Origin: Endomicrobiia bacterium
GTDB lineage: Bacteria > Elusimicrobiota > Endomicrobiia > DTEH01
Reading direction: 5' to 3'
Assembly: GCA_025060535.1 (NCBI GenBank)
Contig: JANXCA010000002.1
Span: 1-62,923 of the forward strand
Length of the DNA: 62,923 nucleotides
The translations under genes and the position numbers were made by a program. The notes under the pieces were generated by a model that saw nothing but the letters and a program-made list of their open reading frames with translations, ran no database searches and had not been told where the DNA came from. Below are positions 1 through 10,111 of this stretch, in pieces. Position 1 is the stretch's first letter. Every line of letters begins with the position of its first letter.

Positions 1-233
1 CCTAAAATGTAATCCTTAGAATAAGGTCTCTGAGGATGTCTGGCTATTAAAACCCTTTGTGCAGAAGTTAAGTTTGTATATATTTGCTTCTTTAAATCTT
101 GACATTTCTTCTGCAACTCCAAAATCTGTTGTTTTATCTCTTCAGTCATCACAGCAGATTTCTGTAAAGCAGATATTTGTTTTTCTAACTCTTCTATAGG
201 CTTTTCAAATTCTAAGTATTGTTGTTCTTTCAT
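1..233 (-). CDS. accA: Acetyl-CoA carboxylase carboxyltransferase alpha subunit, N-terminal fragment (gene continues past the left window edge)
   Basis: Hand translation of the reverse strand from the ATG at 233..231 gives MKEQQYLEFEKPIEELEKQISALQK...LTSAQRVLIARHPQRPYSKDYIL. The FEKPI..LE start and the ARHPQRPY motif match AccA N-termini. Not in the ORF track because it is truncated. Confidence 0.8.
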   Translation of the reverse strand, partial: MKEQQYLEFEKPIEELEKQISALQKSAVMTEEIKQQILELQKKCQDLKKQIYTNLTSAQRVLIARHPQRPYSKDYIL

Positions 234-239
234 AGGTTC

Positions 240-929
240 TTAAAAAAATTTATATAAATAATTAACCCTTAGCTGTCTTTCAATTTTATCAGTGTCTGAA
301 TTTATTCTATTAAAAATAAAATCAATATACAAATAATTAGAAAAAATAATTGCAAGTTTACAATTTAACTGACCAATCTGAGAATCTGGAATATTCTCAT
401 ATTCTACTCCAAAACTTACTATATCTTCTATACAAAATCTTAAAGAAATAAATCCAAAAAGTTCATTTTCTTTTTTATATCTTATAAAATTAACTCCAAA
501 ATCAAAAAACGTCTTCGAAAAAATATTTTGAGTAAAAACAAGAAATAATCCTTTAGCTGGCAAATTCCCAGTTGAGATAAAACTATAGCTTTGTCCATCA
601 TATCCCAAAGCTAATGCTGGAAAATATCTTGTACCATCAAATATTCTCCATTTAAAATAAAAGGATGGCTCTTTTATTTTTGGTGTTTCAAAACCAATTA
701 ACCTTTCAATATCTACACTCCCCCCAAAGCTTAATCTATTAAAAGGACTAAACACAAATTTTGCAATTACACCACCATAACTATACATCCTTACATAAAA
801 ACCTCCAGTAGCATAATCTACAATTTCTGCAGTAGGAACATTTACATTCTCTATTTCAACTCCTGCAAAACAAAAAGAAGAAAATAAAAAAAATACAAAA
901 AAAACAAAAAATTTCATATCACATTTCAC
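240..929 (-). CDS. Hypothetical secreted protein, probable small outer-membrane beta-barrel
   Basis: Hydrophobic signal peptide (FFVFFVFFLFSSFCFA). The body has alternating aromatic/aliphatic beta-strand-like segments and a C-terminal aromatic end (YLYKFF), as in OMPs. A GGTGA RBS sits 8 nt before the second ATG, so the start may be 917. Confidence 0.45.
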   Translation of the reverse strand: MKCDMKFFVFFVFFLFSSFCFAGVEIENVNVPTAEIVDYATGGFYVRMYSYGGVIAKFVFSPFNRLSFGGSVDIERLIGFETPKIKEPSFYFKWRIFDGTRYFPALALGYDGQSYSFISTGNLPAKGLFLVFTQNIFSKTFFDFGVNFIRYKKENELFGFISLRFCIEDIVSFGVEYENIPDSQIGQLNCKLAIIFSNYLYIDFIFNRINSDTDKIERQLRVNYLYKFF

Positions 930-947
930 CTTTTTTGTGGCTATATT

Positions 948-1943
948 TCACCTCTTTTTTTGTGGCGTTTCAGGTAAAGAGGAAGGATATTTCGCTTCTA
1001 ATTGTTTTATAGCAATATCTAAAAGCTGTTTTGTATATACAGATGTCTCTTTTTTATACATCTCTTTTAATATACTCAATGACTCCTTATCTCCTATAAA
1101 CCGAATTGCATCTATTGCTAAGTTTTTTACACCTTCATCTGGGCTTTTTAAAGAATTCTTAATTGTTCCTAAAACAGAAGTATCTTTTGCGAGTTTTGCT
1201 AAAGCATATGCAAAATAAAATTTTGTCTTTAAAGAAATAGTAGGTGTAGAATATAAAACTTTAAACTTATTTATAACACCAACATCTGAAACTTCAACAA
1301 GCACCTTTACTATGTCAGCTATAATAGCTTCATTTTGTAAATTTTTTTCAATACTATCTCTTAATGCCGAAATCCCATCAGGATGAGAAATCTTTCCTAA
1401 CGTATATATAATACTCTTTTTTAGGTTTATATCCTCAGTGCTCTCTAACAACTCTACAAGCACACTAACTGCTTGAGTAGACCTTAGTATACTTAAAGTA
1501 TTACAAGCAGCATACTTTAAAGCATAGCTTTCTTTTTCATTTTTTAAAATGTCTATTAAAGGTGAAACCACTTTAAAATCACTTATTCCTATATATCCCA
1601 ACGCTATTATTGCTGACTGTCTTACTTGTAAATCATTATCATTTTTTAAAACATCTAAAATATCATCTATAACTTCTTTTGCTCTTAACAAACCCAAAGA
1701 ATCTACAGAAGCTTGTCTCACAAAAGGGTTTTCATCTTTTAGTAATCTCTTAAGATGAGGGATAGCTCTTACATCTCTTAAAATACCAAATTGTTCAGCT
1801 GCTTGTCTTCTTATATACGGATCAGGATTGTGAGACTTTTCTATAGCTTCGTTAAACTGATTTTGGAAATTTGATTCTGGAGGTTGAGAGTATAAACTAT
1901 AAACTACAAAAAAAATAATTATTATATAATAGAAAAACTTCAT
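948..1943 (-). CDS. HEAT-repeat (PBS-lyase-like) protein with N-terminal signal/anchor
   Basis: Repeated about 30-aa units of the type D.NP.VR..A...LG.L (RRQAAEQFGILRD, NPFVRQASVDSLGLLR, LQVRQSAIIALGYIG), after an N-terminal hydrophobic segment. Confidence 0.7.
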   Translation of the reverse strand: MKFFYYIIIIFFVVYSLYSQPPESNFQNQFNEAIEKSHNPDPYIRRQAAEQFGILRDVRAIPHLKRLLKDENPFVRQASVDSLGLLRAKEVIDDILDVLKNDNDLQVRQSAIIALGYIGISDFKVVSPLIDILKNEKESYALKYAACNTLSILRSTQAVSVLVELLESTEDINLKKSIIYTLGKISHPDGISALRDSIEKNLQNEAIIADIVKVLVEVSDVGVINKFKVLYSTPTISLKTKFYFAYALAKLAKDTSVLGTIKNSLKSPDEGVKNLAIDAIRFIGDKESLSILKEMYKKETSVYTKQLLDIAIKQLEAKYPSSLPETPQKKR

Positions 1944-2028
1944 TTAACTTTGTACCTCCAATAATTAAAATATAAAATAACAAAAACAGTAAAAAAAATC
2001 AATATACTATATAATCTATATAATCTTA

Positions 2029-3009
2029 TTAATTATTATAATAAAAATTTAAACCCGCAAGAGAAATCATAGCTGCATTATCTGTTGCAAGATATTTGTG
2101 AGGAAAATAGACCTCTATATTTTTATTCTGCGCTATTTTAATAAAACCATCCCTTAAAGATTTATTCGCAGATACTCCTCCACTTATTACTACCCTGTTA
2201 CACTTTGTTTTATCTATTATTCTTAAAGTCTTTACTAAAAGAGTATCTACAACTGCTTCTTGAAAAGAGGCACAGATGTTATAAACATCCTTTATATTCA
2301 AACTTTTATTTTTAATGTAATACAAAACTGCAGTTTTTAATCCACTGAAGCTAAAGTCATCACTTTCCATCATATAAGGTCTAGGAAAATCTATTGCTTT
2401 TGAGTCACCAAATTTTGCTAATTTTTCTATAATGGGACCGCCGGGATATCTAAATAAACTTTTATACCTTTTAGGAACATGTTCTGCTAACATCTTAGCA
2501 ACTTTATCAAAAGCCTCTCCAACTGCATCATCTCTTGTTTGTCCTAAATTTTCTTTTTTTGTATGAGAATGAACCAAACTTAACTCAGTATGTCCTCCTG
2601 AAATAATCAATGAAATAAAAGGAAACTTAATTTTTCCTTTGTGTGTAAGAATCACGGAAAAAATATGTCCCCATAGATGATCTACACCTATAGTGGGTTT
2701 AGAATAAATATAACCTAAAGTTTTAGCAACCGTCTTGCCTATTAAAAGAGCACCCTTTAAACCCGGTTTTTCAGTATAAGCTATGAGGTCTATATTTTTT
2801 ATATCAAATTTCTTTAAAGCTTTATCTAACACAAAATGAATTTTTTCATAGTGAGTTCTACTTGCAAGTTCAGGAACTACCCCAAAAAAAGAAGCATGGA
2901 TTTTTTGTTGAGAGAAAACTATATTTGAAATTATTTCAAACTCACTACTTACTACAGCAGAAGCAGTTTCATCACAGGAGGTTTCTAATCCTAAAACATA
3001 TCTTTTCAT
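2029..3009 (-). CDS. tsaD: tRNA N6-adenosine threonylcarbamoyltransferase TsaD (Kae1/Gcp family)
   Basis: N-terminal LGLETSCDETASAVV, DHLWGHI His motif, GGVSAN near the C-terminus, typical length of 326 aa. Confidence 0.9.
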   Translation of the reverse strand: MKRYVLGLETSCDETASAVVSSEFEIISNIVFSQQKIHASFFGVVPELASRTHYEKIHFVLDKALKKFDIKNIDLIAYTEKPGLKGALLIGKTVAKTLGYIYSKPTIGVDHLWGHIFSVILTHKGKIKFPFISLIISGGHTELSLVHSHTKKENLGQTRDDAVGEAFDKVAKMLAEHVPKRYKSLFRYPGGPIIEKLAKFGDSKAIDFPRPYMMESDDFSFSGLKTAVLYYIKNKSLNIKDVYNICASFQEAVVDTLLVKTLRIIDKTKCNRVVISGGVSANKSLRDGFIKIAQNKNIEVYFPHKYLATDNAAMISLAGLNFYYNN

Positions 3010-4256
3010 TTATTATAATAAATCTGAATTCCTTTAAGTATCTCTACAGCACGACTCAAAACTATATCTTCAACCTGTTCCTCTTTTTTTACAGCAGAGG
3101 TCGGTTCCTTTCCAGGAAAGTATATTTCTTCTCTTTGTTGATAAAGCTTAGCTTCTATTTCTTTTGGTACTTCAATGTTAATATCTGGTTCTATTCCTCC
3201 AAGATATGGTTGTGTAGAACTTTTTACGGTAGGTTCAGTTCTTTCTATTAATCTTCCGGATGGAGTATAATATCTAGCTGTGGTAATTTTTAAACCATAA
3301 CCATCACCTAAATCGATAACACTTTGTACTGATGCTTTTCCAAAAGTCCTAGAACCTATCACTAAAGCTCGTCTGTTATCTTTTAAAGCTCCTGCTAAAA
3401 TTTCCGCTCCAGAGGCAGAGCCAGCATTTACTAATACTACCATAGGAATATCTGGATAAGGACAAACCATCTCTGCTCTGTATTCCTTTCTAGGTGAACG
3501 TCTTCCTTCTGTGTATACTATTAGTTTGTTGCTATCCAAAAATAACTTAGCAATCTTTACTGCTTGGTCTAAAAGACCTCCAGGATTATTTCTTAAATCT
3601 AATATTAAACTCTTCATCCCTCCCTTTTTAAGCTCCGAAAGAGCTTTAGAAACATCTTCATAAGAATTATTGTTGAACTCATATAAAGCAATATAACCTA
3701 TTTTGTCTGTTAACATTTTATATTTTACTACTTCTATCTTAATGATGTCTCTTACAATAGTAAAATCAATCGGGTCTTTTACACCTTCCCTTGAAATAGT
3801 AATGGTTACCTTTGTACCAGGAGTACCCCGTAGTTTATTTACTGCTTCCTCAATTGTAATACCATAAGTGGATTCACCTTCAATTTTTATTATCCTGTCA
3901 TTCGGTAAAATCCCTGCTTTGTAAGCAGGAGTACCAGGAAGAGGTGTAATTACTGTAAGCCACTCATCCCTTATAGCAATCCTTATACCTAAACCTCCAA
4001 ATTTCCCTTCCGTCTCTACTTTTAGTTCTTTATAAATATCCGGCTCCATAAACTGTGTAAAAGAATCTAATGGTTTAAGAAGCCCTTTTATAGCAGAAAT
4101 TAACAATTTGTTTCTATCCACCTCTTCTACATAGTTCTCCTCAGTGTATTTAAGAACATCCAAAAGGAGATTTATATGTTTATATGTATCATCTCTACTG
4201 TAAGAAAAAGAGAATAAAATACAAAAATATATTAGTACTAAAAAACTTTTTTTCAT
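3006..4256 (-). CDS. ctp: Carboxy-terminal processing protease (peptidase S41) with PDZ domain
   Basis: Signal peptide, PDZ segment (GGLGIRI...GTPAYKAGILPNDRIIKIEG), catalytic Ser motif GSASGAEI and Lys motif TFGKASVQS. Confidence 0.85.
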   Translation of the reverse strand: MKKSFLVLIYFCILFSFSYSRDDTYKHINLLLDVLKYTEENYVEEVDRNKLLISAIKGLLKPLDSFTQFMEPDIYKELKVETEGKFGGLGIRIAIRDEWLTVITPLPGTPAYKAGILPNDRIIKIEGESTYGITIEEAVNKLRGTPGTKVTITISREGVKDPIDFTIVRDIIKIEVVKYKMLTDKIGYIALYEFNNNSYEDVSKALSELKKGGMKSLILDLRNNPGGLLDQAVKIAKLFLDSNKLIVYTEGRRSPRKEYRAEMVCPYPDIPMVVLVNAGSASGAEILAGALKDNRRALVIGSRTFGKASVQSVIDLGDGYGLKITTARYYTPSGRLIERTEPTVKSSTQPYLGGIEPDINIEVPKEIEAKLYQQREEIYFPGKEPTSAVKKEEQVEDIVLSRAVEILKGIQIYYNK

Positions 4257-4894
4257 AGAAATTCTCCTTTTAGTCTGTATTTATCAGAAATAATTATGCT
4301 GTTTAGAATTTCTAATGTTCTTTCTAAATCGTCATTTATTACTAAATAATCATAGAACTTTATATATTTTACTTCTTTTAAAATATTTTTTAATCTTAAA
4401 GAAATCTCTTTTGAGTTGTCGCGTCTCCTTGAAATTATTCTCTCTTTTAAAACTTTCAAAGAAGGGGGTAAAACAAAAATAAAAATCCCATCAGGAAATA
4501 ACTTTTTTATGTTTTTTCCTCCTTGAACATCTATATCAAGTAAAATGTCTTTTCCTGAATTTATAGCTTTAATAAGTGGCATCTTAGGTGTAGCATAGTA
4601 ATAATTGTGAACTTTAGCCCACTCTATAAATTCTCCTTTTTCTACCATTTTAAAAAATTTATCATCAGAAACAAAATAATAATCTTTACCATCTATCTCT
4701 TTGTTTTTCTTAGGTCTTGTAGTATAAGATACTGAAAAAACCAAATTCTTATTTCTTTTTAGAAGTTCCCTGCAAAGTGTCGTCTTTCCAGAACCAGATG
4801 GTCCTGAAATAACTATTACTTTCCCTTTTTGTGTTTTCTTAGTAAATTTTTTTATAATATTATTTAGTGCGTTCCTTAATAACAACTCACTCAT
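4253..4894 (-). CDS. gmk: Guanylate kinase
   Basis: P-loop GPSGSGKTTL followed by SVSYTTRPKK..E.DGKDYYFVS. Typical length. Confidence 0.9.
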   Translation of the reverse strand: MSELLLRNALNNIIKKFTKKTQKGKVIVISGPSGSGKTTLCRELLKRNKNLVFSVSYTTRPKKNKEIDGKDYYFVSDDKFFKMVEKGEFIEWAKVHNYYYATPKMPLIKAINSGKDILLDIDVQGGKNIKKLFPDGIFIFVLPPSLKVLKERIISRRRDNSKEISLRLKNILKEVKYIKFYDYLVINDDLERTLEILNSIIISDKYRLKGEFL

Positions 4895-4903
4895 AAAAAA
4901 TTA

Positions 4904-6283
4904 TCATAGATACTTTTCTTTAAATTCAGGTCTTATTCTTTTAAGTTCTTCTTTTGGGAAAAATCTTAAAAGAGTATATCCTAACTCTATTGTCTCAAAA
5001 ATTGTTCTATTTTCATCATATCTTTGTTTTAAAAACTTATTTTCAAACTCGTCTACAAACTTAAGATATATTTGGTCTATCTTATCTAAAGCTGCTTCTC
5101 CTAAAACAACTGCAAGTTCTTCAACTTCTTTTCCCCTTGCATAACAAGCAAACATCTGATGAGCCCAGTCAGGATGGTCTTCTCTGGTTCTGCCCTTTCC
5201 TATACCTTTATCCCTTAGTCTTGATAAACTAGCCATAATATCTATAGGGGGATATATTCCTTTTCTATATAGTTCTCGGGATAAAACAATCTGACCTTCT
5301 GTAATATAACCTGTAAGGTCAGGTATTGGATGTGTTTTATCATCTTCAGGCATAGTAAGAACGGGCATTAAGGTAATTGAGCCTTTTTTATATTTTATTC
5401 TACCAGCTCTTTCATACAAAGTGGCAAGATCTGTGTATAAATAACCAGGATATCCTCTTCTTCCGGGCACTTCTTTTCTTGCAGCAGAGATTTCCCTTAA
5501 TGCTTCTGCATAGTTTGTCATATCTGTTAAAATAACAAGCACATGCATCTCCAAATCAAATGCTAAGTATTCTGCACAAGTTAAAGCTAATCTGGGAGTA
5601 GCAATTCTTTCAATAGCAGGATCATCTGCTAAATTAACAAACAATACGGCTCTGGAAAGTGCTCCAGTTTTTTTAAATTCTGAAATAAAAAAATTTGCCT
5701 CTTCAAATGTAATACCCATAGCTGCAAAGACCACAGCAAACTCTTCTTTTTCAGTTGATGTTTCTGACTTTAGAACAGTTGACTGCCTGGCTATTTGAAC
5801 AGCCAATAAATTGTGAGGAAGTCCTGACATAGAAAATATAGGAAGTTTCTGTCCTCTAACTAATGTATTAAGACCATCTATTGCAGAAATACCTGTCTGT
5901 ATAAACTCCCTAGGATATGCTCTTGAATATGGATTTATAGGATCACCATTTATATCTAACCTTTTTTCAGGGACAATCTCAGGTCCACCATCTATAGGCC
6001 TTCCTAATCCATCAAAAATTCTTCCCAAAATCGTTGGACTAACTGCCAAAGTAACTGTTTTATTTAGGAATCTTACTTTAGTGTTGGTTATATTTATACC
6101 TCTACTTTCCTCAAACAATTGAACAAGTGCTTTATCTTCTTCTATTTCCAAAACTCTACCAAGTCTTTTTTCATTATTACCAAGTTCAACTTCTACAAGT
6201 TCTTCATATTTAGCTCCCCTTGCTCCTTCTACTAAAATCAAAGGACCACTAACTGATTTTAAAAGCTGTGTTTCTAATACCAT
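4904..6283 (-). CDS. atpB: V-type (A/V) ATP synthase subunit B, regulatory subunit
   Basis: 459 aa. SGPLILVE...[16 protein letters not shown]...[32 protein letters not shown] is the hallmark V/A-type B sequence with a degenerate P-loop. No other V-ATPase subunit genes are in the window. Confidence 0.85.
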   Translation of the reverse strand: MVLETQLLKSVSGPLILVEGARGAKYEELVEVELGNNEKRLGRVLEIEEDKALVQLFEESRGINITNTKVRFLNKTVTLAVSPTILGRIFDGLGRPIDGGPEIVPEKRLDINGDPINPYSRAYPREFIQTGISAIDGLNTLVRGQKLPIFSMSGLPHNLLAVQIARQSTVLKSETSTEKEEFAVVFAAMGITFEEANFFISEFKKTGALSRAVLFVNLADDPAIERIATPRLALTCAEYLAFDLEMHVLVILTDMTNYAEALREISAARKEVPGRRGYPGYLYTDLATLYERAGRIKYKKGSITLMPVLTMPEDDKTHPIPDLTGYITEGQIVLSRELYRKGIYPPIDIMASLSRLRDKGIGKGRTREDHPDWAHQMFACYARGKEVEELAVVLGEAALDKIDQIYLKFVDEFENKFLKQRYDENRTIFETIELGYTLLRFFPKEELKRIRPEFKEKYL

Positions 6284-6302
6284 TATTATTTACTCCTTTC
6301 TT

Positions 6303-7604
6303 TTAATTATTTGAATAGATCTTCATATATATAGGTGTTTTTAGCACTACATCCAGCTTTTTAATCTTTTCTAAAGCTAAAATTATGTTTTTTTCTTTAG
6401 TTTTATGAGTTATCAAAATTATAGGTACTCCTCTACGATGTTTAAATAAGGGTTCTTTTTGATATACAGAAGCAATAGAAACTTTATATTTTCCTAAAAT
6501 ATTAGCAATTTTTGCTAAAACTCCTGCTTTGTCTACAGTAGTAAATCTCAAATAGAAACAATCTTCTACTTCTTTTGTATTAATAATATTTATCTGTTTA
6601 GGAATATATCTTACATATTGCATCCTTCCACCAACAGCTTCTGCTATTTCTTTTGCTATTGCTATTATGTCTGAAATCACAGCAGATGCAGCAGGAAATC
6701 CACCAGCACCTTTACCAGCAAGTAGTATTTTACCACAATAGTCACCATTAAACATAACTGCATTATTTTCATATAAAATATTAGCAAAAACACTTTTTTT
6801 ATTCACTAAAAATTTTCTAACTTCAAAAAAATAACCATTTTTATAAAATTGAGTATTTCCTAAAAGTTTAATACTATATCCAAAACTTTCAGCAAAAATT
6901 ATATCCTGTAGTTCTATACCTTCAATTCCTTCTACAAAAATATTTTTAATTTTTACCCAACAAGAGTAAGCGAGAGAACTCAAAATACTCAATTTGCAAG
7001 CTGTATCATAACCAGATACATCATAATATACATCTGATTCTGCTATTCCCATATTCTGAATTCTTTTAACTGCTACTTCATAAGAACATTTCTGTTGAGA
7101 CATCAAAGTTAATATATAATTTGTAGTACCATTTAAGATCCCTGTGATACCTAAAATTTTATTGCCTGCAAGGCCTTCATGAAGTGACTGAATTACAGGT
7201 ATACCAGCAGCTACTGCTGCTTCAAAATAAATTGATTTATTATATTTATTTGCTAAACCAAAAATCTTATCCCAATACTCAGAAAGGACTGCTTTATTAG
7301 CAGTAACGATATGTTTACCACATTTTATAGCTTCTGTAATAATTTCATATGCAGGATGAAGTCCACCTATTAGTTCAACTACTACATCAATTTCTGGATC
7401 TTCTAATACTTTTTTGTAATTATCTGTAAATTCAACATTAAAAGGTAATATGTTTTTTTTACTTTTGTCTTTATCACATACAATCTTAATTTCTATATCA
7501 CAGTTACATTTCTGCCTTATTAGTTCTTTATTAGTAGAATAAAACTTCATTACAGAAGAACCCACACTACCTAACCCAATAAGACCAATTTTTACTGTCT
7601 TCAT
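6303..7604 (-). CDS. hom: Homoserine dehydrogenase with C-terminal ACT domain
   Basis: N-terminal Rossmann motif IGLIGLGSVGSSV, central NGTTNYIL motif, C-terminal ACT-like FYLRFTTVDKAGVLAKIANILG. Confidence 0.85.
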   Translation of the reverse strand: MKTVKIGLIGLGSVGSSVMKFYSTNKELIRQKCNCDIEIKIVCDKDKSKKNILPFNVEFTDNYKKVLEDPEIDVVVELIGGLHPAYEIITEAIKCGKHIVTANKAVLSEYWDKIFGLANKYNKSIYFEAAVAAGIPVIQSLHEGLAGNKILGITGILNGTTNYILTLMSQQKCSYEVAVKRIQNMGIAESDVYYDVSGYDTACKLSILSSLAYSCWVKIKNIFVEGIEGIELQDIIFAESFGYSIKLLGNTQFYKNGYFFEVRKFLVNKKSVFANILYENNAVMFNGDYCGKILLAGKGAGGFPAASAVISDIIAIAKEIAEAVGGRMQYVRYIPKQINIINTKEVEDCFYLRFTTVDKAGVLAKIANILGKYKVSIASVYQKEPLFKHRRGVPIILITHKTKEKNIILALEKIKKLDVVLKTPIYMKIYSNN

Positions 7605-8818
7605 GATTTTATTTTAAGATTTACTCCTAATTCTTTAAAAACTTTTTTAAATCTCAAAGCCGCATCATGAAACCTATTGTTAGCTGTAACCAATGCTAAT
7701 CTTATATATCCTTCTCCATTCGGACCAAAACCTTCTCCAGGAGCTACAGCAACTCCTGTTTCAACCAAAAGTTTTTCAGCAAATTTTAAAGAACCAACTT
7801 CCTTTGTAATTTTTTCAGGAAGTTTACACCATAAATACATACTACCTTTAGGGGGTTCTATCACCCATCCAATTTTTTTAAACTCTTTTATCATTATATC
7901 TCTTCTTGTCTGATATAATTTTTTAATTTCGGGAACGATTCTATCGTAATCAAGTAACGCCTTCACCGCAGATAGTTGAATAAATGTAGGGACTCCATAG
8001 TCAATAAATGACTTAAATTTTTCAAGCTGACTTATTATATATTCATTCCCCACAACAAAACCAACACGCCAACCTGCCATACAAAATGTCTTTGAAAAGC
8101 TATGAAACTCAACAGCTATATCTTTTGCTCCTTCAAATTGAAGAATTGATGGAGCTACATATCCATCAAAAGTAATCTCTGAATATGCATTATCATAACA
8201 CAAAATTAAATTATTTTTCTTTGCAAATTTTATTGCATCTTTTAAAAAACTTTCATCTTCTACTACTGCCGTGGTGGGATTGTTAGGATAATTAAGAAAT
8301 AATATTTTTGCTTTTTCTATAATCCTTTGTGGGATTTTTCCAAAATCTGGCAAATAACCATTTTCTGGTAAAATTTTAAATAAATAAGGAATTCCGCCTG
8401 CGAGAATAGTAGCATTATAATATACAGGATATGAAGGATCAGGAATTAATGTATAATCTTTGGAATTTAAAAACGCCATACATAAATGTCCCACACCTTC
8501 CTTAGAACCAATTAACGCTAATACTTCTTTTTCAGGATCAAGCTTTACACCAAATCTTTTCAAAAACCATTCTGCTACAGTATTTCTAAACTTAGGCATC
8601 CCTTTAGCTTGTGGATATCTGTGAGTTTTTGGATGTTCTAAAACAGTTTCACACAACCTTTTTATTATCTCCTTATCAGGAGGTATGTCTGGATTACCCA
8701 TAGAAAGATCTATCACATCTAAATTTTTTTTATAAGCTTCAAGTTTGAGTTTGTTAATTTTAGAAAATAAATAAGGAGGGAGTTTTTCTAATTTTTTAGA
8801 AGATAATATCTTTTTCAT
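7601..8818 (-). CDS. Class I PLP-dependent aminotransferase (AlaC/YfdZ-like)
   Basis: LPPYLFSKI...VIDLSMGNPD N-terminus, NPNNPT, PLP-lysine motif SFSKTFCMAGWRVGF. Substrate specificity cannot be assigned by eye. Confidence 0.8.
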   Translation of the reverse strand: MKKILSSKKLEKLPPYLFSKINKLKLEAYKKNLDVIDLSMGNPDIPPDKEIIKRLCETVLEHPKTHRYPQAKGMPKFRNTVAEWFLKRFGVKLDPEKEVLALIGSKEGVGHLCMAFLNSKDYTLIPDPSYPVYYNATILAGGIPYLFKILPENGYLPDFGKIPQRIIEKAKILFLNYPNNPTTAVVEDESFLKDAIKFAKKNNLILCYDNAYSEITFDGYVAPSILQFEGAKDIAVEFHSFSKTFCMAGWRVGFVVGNEYIISQLEKFKSFIDYGVPTFIQLSAVKALLDYDRIVPEIKKLYQTRRDIMIKEFKKIGWVIEPPKGSMYLWCKLPEKITKEVGSLKFAEKLLVETGVAVAPGEGFGPNGEGYIRLALVTANNRFHDAALRFKKVFKELGVNLKIKS

Positions 8819-9096
8819 TTTTTAGAATTAATATATCTTCTAATCCAATCTGTAGGACGAAAAGATATCTTTTTTCTTTCTGGAATAGGAACTATTTCTC
8901 CTGTCTTAGGATTCCTTCCTATTTTAGGTTTCGTAATTTTTGTTTTAAATTGTCCTAAACCTGAAATATTAATCACTTCTCCATTTCTAAGGGCTTCTGA
9001 TAAAACCTTAACAAATTCTCTTAAAATTTTTTGAACCACTGATGGTTTTTGATTAGTATTTTGAGATATTTTTTCTATTAAAACTTTTCTCTTCAT
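8815..9096 (-). CDS. hup: HU/IHF-family DNA-binding protein
   Basis: GLGQFKTKITKPKIGRNPKTGEIVPIPERKKISFRP is the HU beta-arm. The track ORF starts at a TTG at 9123. I prefer the ATG at 9096 (MKRK...), which is preceded by GGAGGAG. Confidence 0.85.
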   Translation of the reverse strand: MKRKVLIEKISQNTNQKPSVVQKILREFVKVLSEALRNGEVINISGLGQFKTKITKPKIGRNPKTGEIVPIPERKKISFRPTDWIRRYINSKK

Positions 9097-9132
9097 CAAA
9101 GTTTCTCTCCTCCAACATACCAAAAAATAAAA

Positions 9133-9537
9133 CTATCTCTTTGTCCACTGGAAACTCTTTCTTGCTTTGGGTTTTCCTGGTTTTTTTCTTTCAACCATTC
9201 TTGGATCTCTTCTTAACATTCCAGCTTTTTTAAGAGTAGCTCTTAAATCAGGATTATATATTACCAAAGCTCTTGCTATTGCTAATTTTATAGCATCTGC
9301 TTGACCTGTTATACCTCCACCCTTTGCTTCTACTTCTATATCCAGTTTATCTTTTAAACCAGTCAAAACCAAAGGAGAAATTACTTGTGTCTTTTGAGTT
9401 AAATTACCACCAAAATATTCATCCAATGTTTTATTATTTATAGTAATTTTCCCCGTACCATTTTTTAAAACTGCAACCGCAACTGAAGTTTTCCTTCTAC
9501 CTGTAGCTCTTATCGGTTGAAGAATCTGCTGTTGCAT
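9133..9537 (-). CDS. rpsI: 30S ribosomal protein S9
   Basis: GGGITGQADAIKLAIARAL and a basic C-terminal tail ending in KR. Follows rplM as in the conserved operon. Confidence 0.95.
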   Translation of the reverse strand: MQQQILQPIRATGRRKTSVAVAVLKNGTGKITINNKTLDEYFGGNLTQKTQVISPLVLTGLKDKLDIEVEAKGGGITGQADAIKLAIARALVIYNPDLRATLKKAGMLRRDPRMVERKKPGKPKARKSFQWTKR

Positions 9538-9566
9538 TTTTCTAAAACCTCCATCATTACAAAAAT

Positions 9567-10010
9567 TTAAATATTTATTTCTTCTAATTTTTGTGTAAGA
9601 TTTATTTTATCATCTTTAAACACTTTCAACCTTTTAATCATCTTAGCTCTAAATTTATTTTTCGGTAACATACCTTTTACTGCTTCTTTCAAAACAAAGT
9701 CCGCTCTATGTGGCATTAATTTCTCATAAGGAATATATTTGTCACCTCCCAAATAACCAGAATGAGAAAAATAAATTTTTTGTTTTAGTTTCTTGCCCGT
9801 AAGTATCATCTTTGAAGCATTTTTTACTACTACAAAATCACCGCAATCTTTATCTGGTGAATAAATTGGTTTGTGTTTTCCAATTAACAACTTTGCAATT
9901 TTTGAAGCTAATCTTCCTAAAACTTTTCCAGTAGCATCTATTAAATACCACTTCCTATTTATTTTATAGTCAAATTTAGTAAGTTTTGCAATAGTTGTAG
10001 ATATCTTCAT
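9567..10010 (-). CDS. rplM: 50S ribosomal protein L13
   Basis: KWYLIDATGKVLGRLASKIAKLL...GKHKPIYSP is the canonical L13 N-terminus. Confidence 0.95.
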   Translation of the reverse strand: MKISTTIAKLTKFDYKINRKWYLIDATGKVLGRLASKIAKLLIGKHKPIYSPDKDCGDFVVVKNASKMILTGKKLKQKIYFSHSGYLGGDKYIPYEKLMPHRADFVLKEAVKGMLPKNKFRAKMIKRLKVFKDDKINLTQKLEEINI

Positions 10011-10055
10011 AGCTTTCTCCTTCTCAATTTATTTTCAATGTTAAGATTTTGTTTA

Positions 10056-10084
10056 AATTTACAACAAAAAAATTTTTATTTCAA
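10056..10084 (-). promoter_or_regulatory. Candidate sigma70-type promoter for rplM-rpsI
   Basis: On the minus strand: TTGAAA (10084..10079), 17-nt spacer, TAAATT (10061..10056), about 45 nt upstream of the rplM ATG, with GAAGGAG as RBS. Such matches are common by chance in AT-rich DNA. Confidence 0.3.
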
Positions 10085-10111
10085 TAATTAAATAAATTTT
10101 TTTATTTTAAT

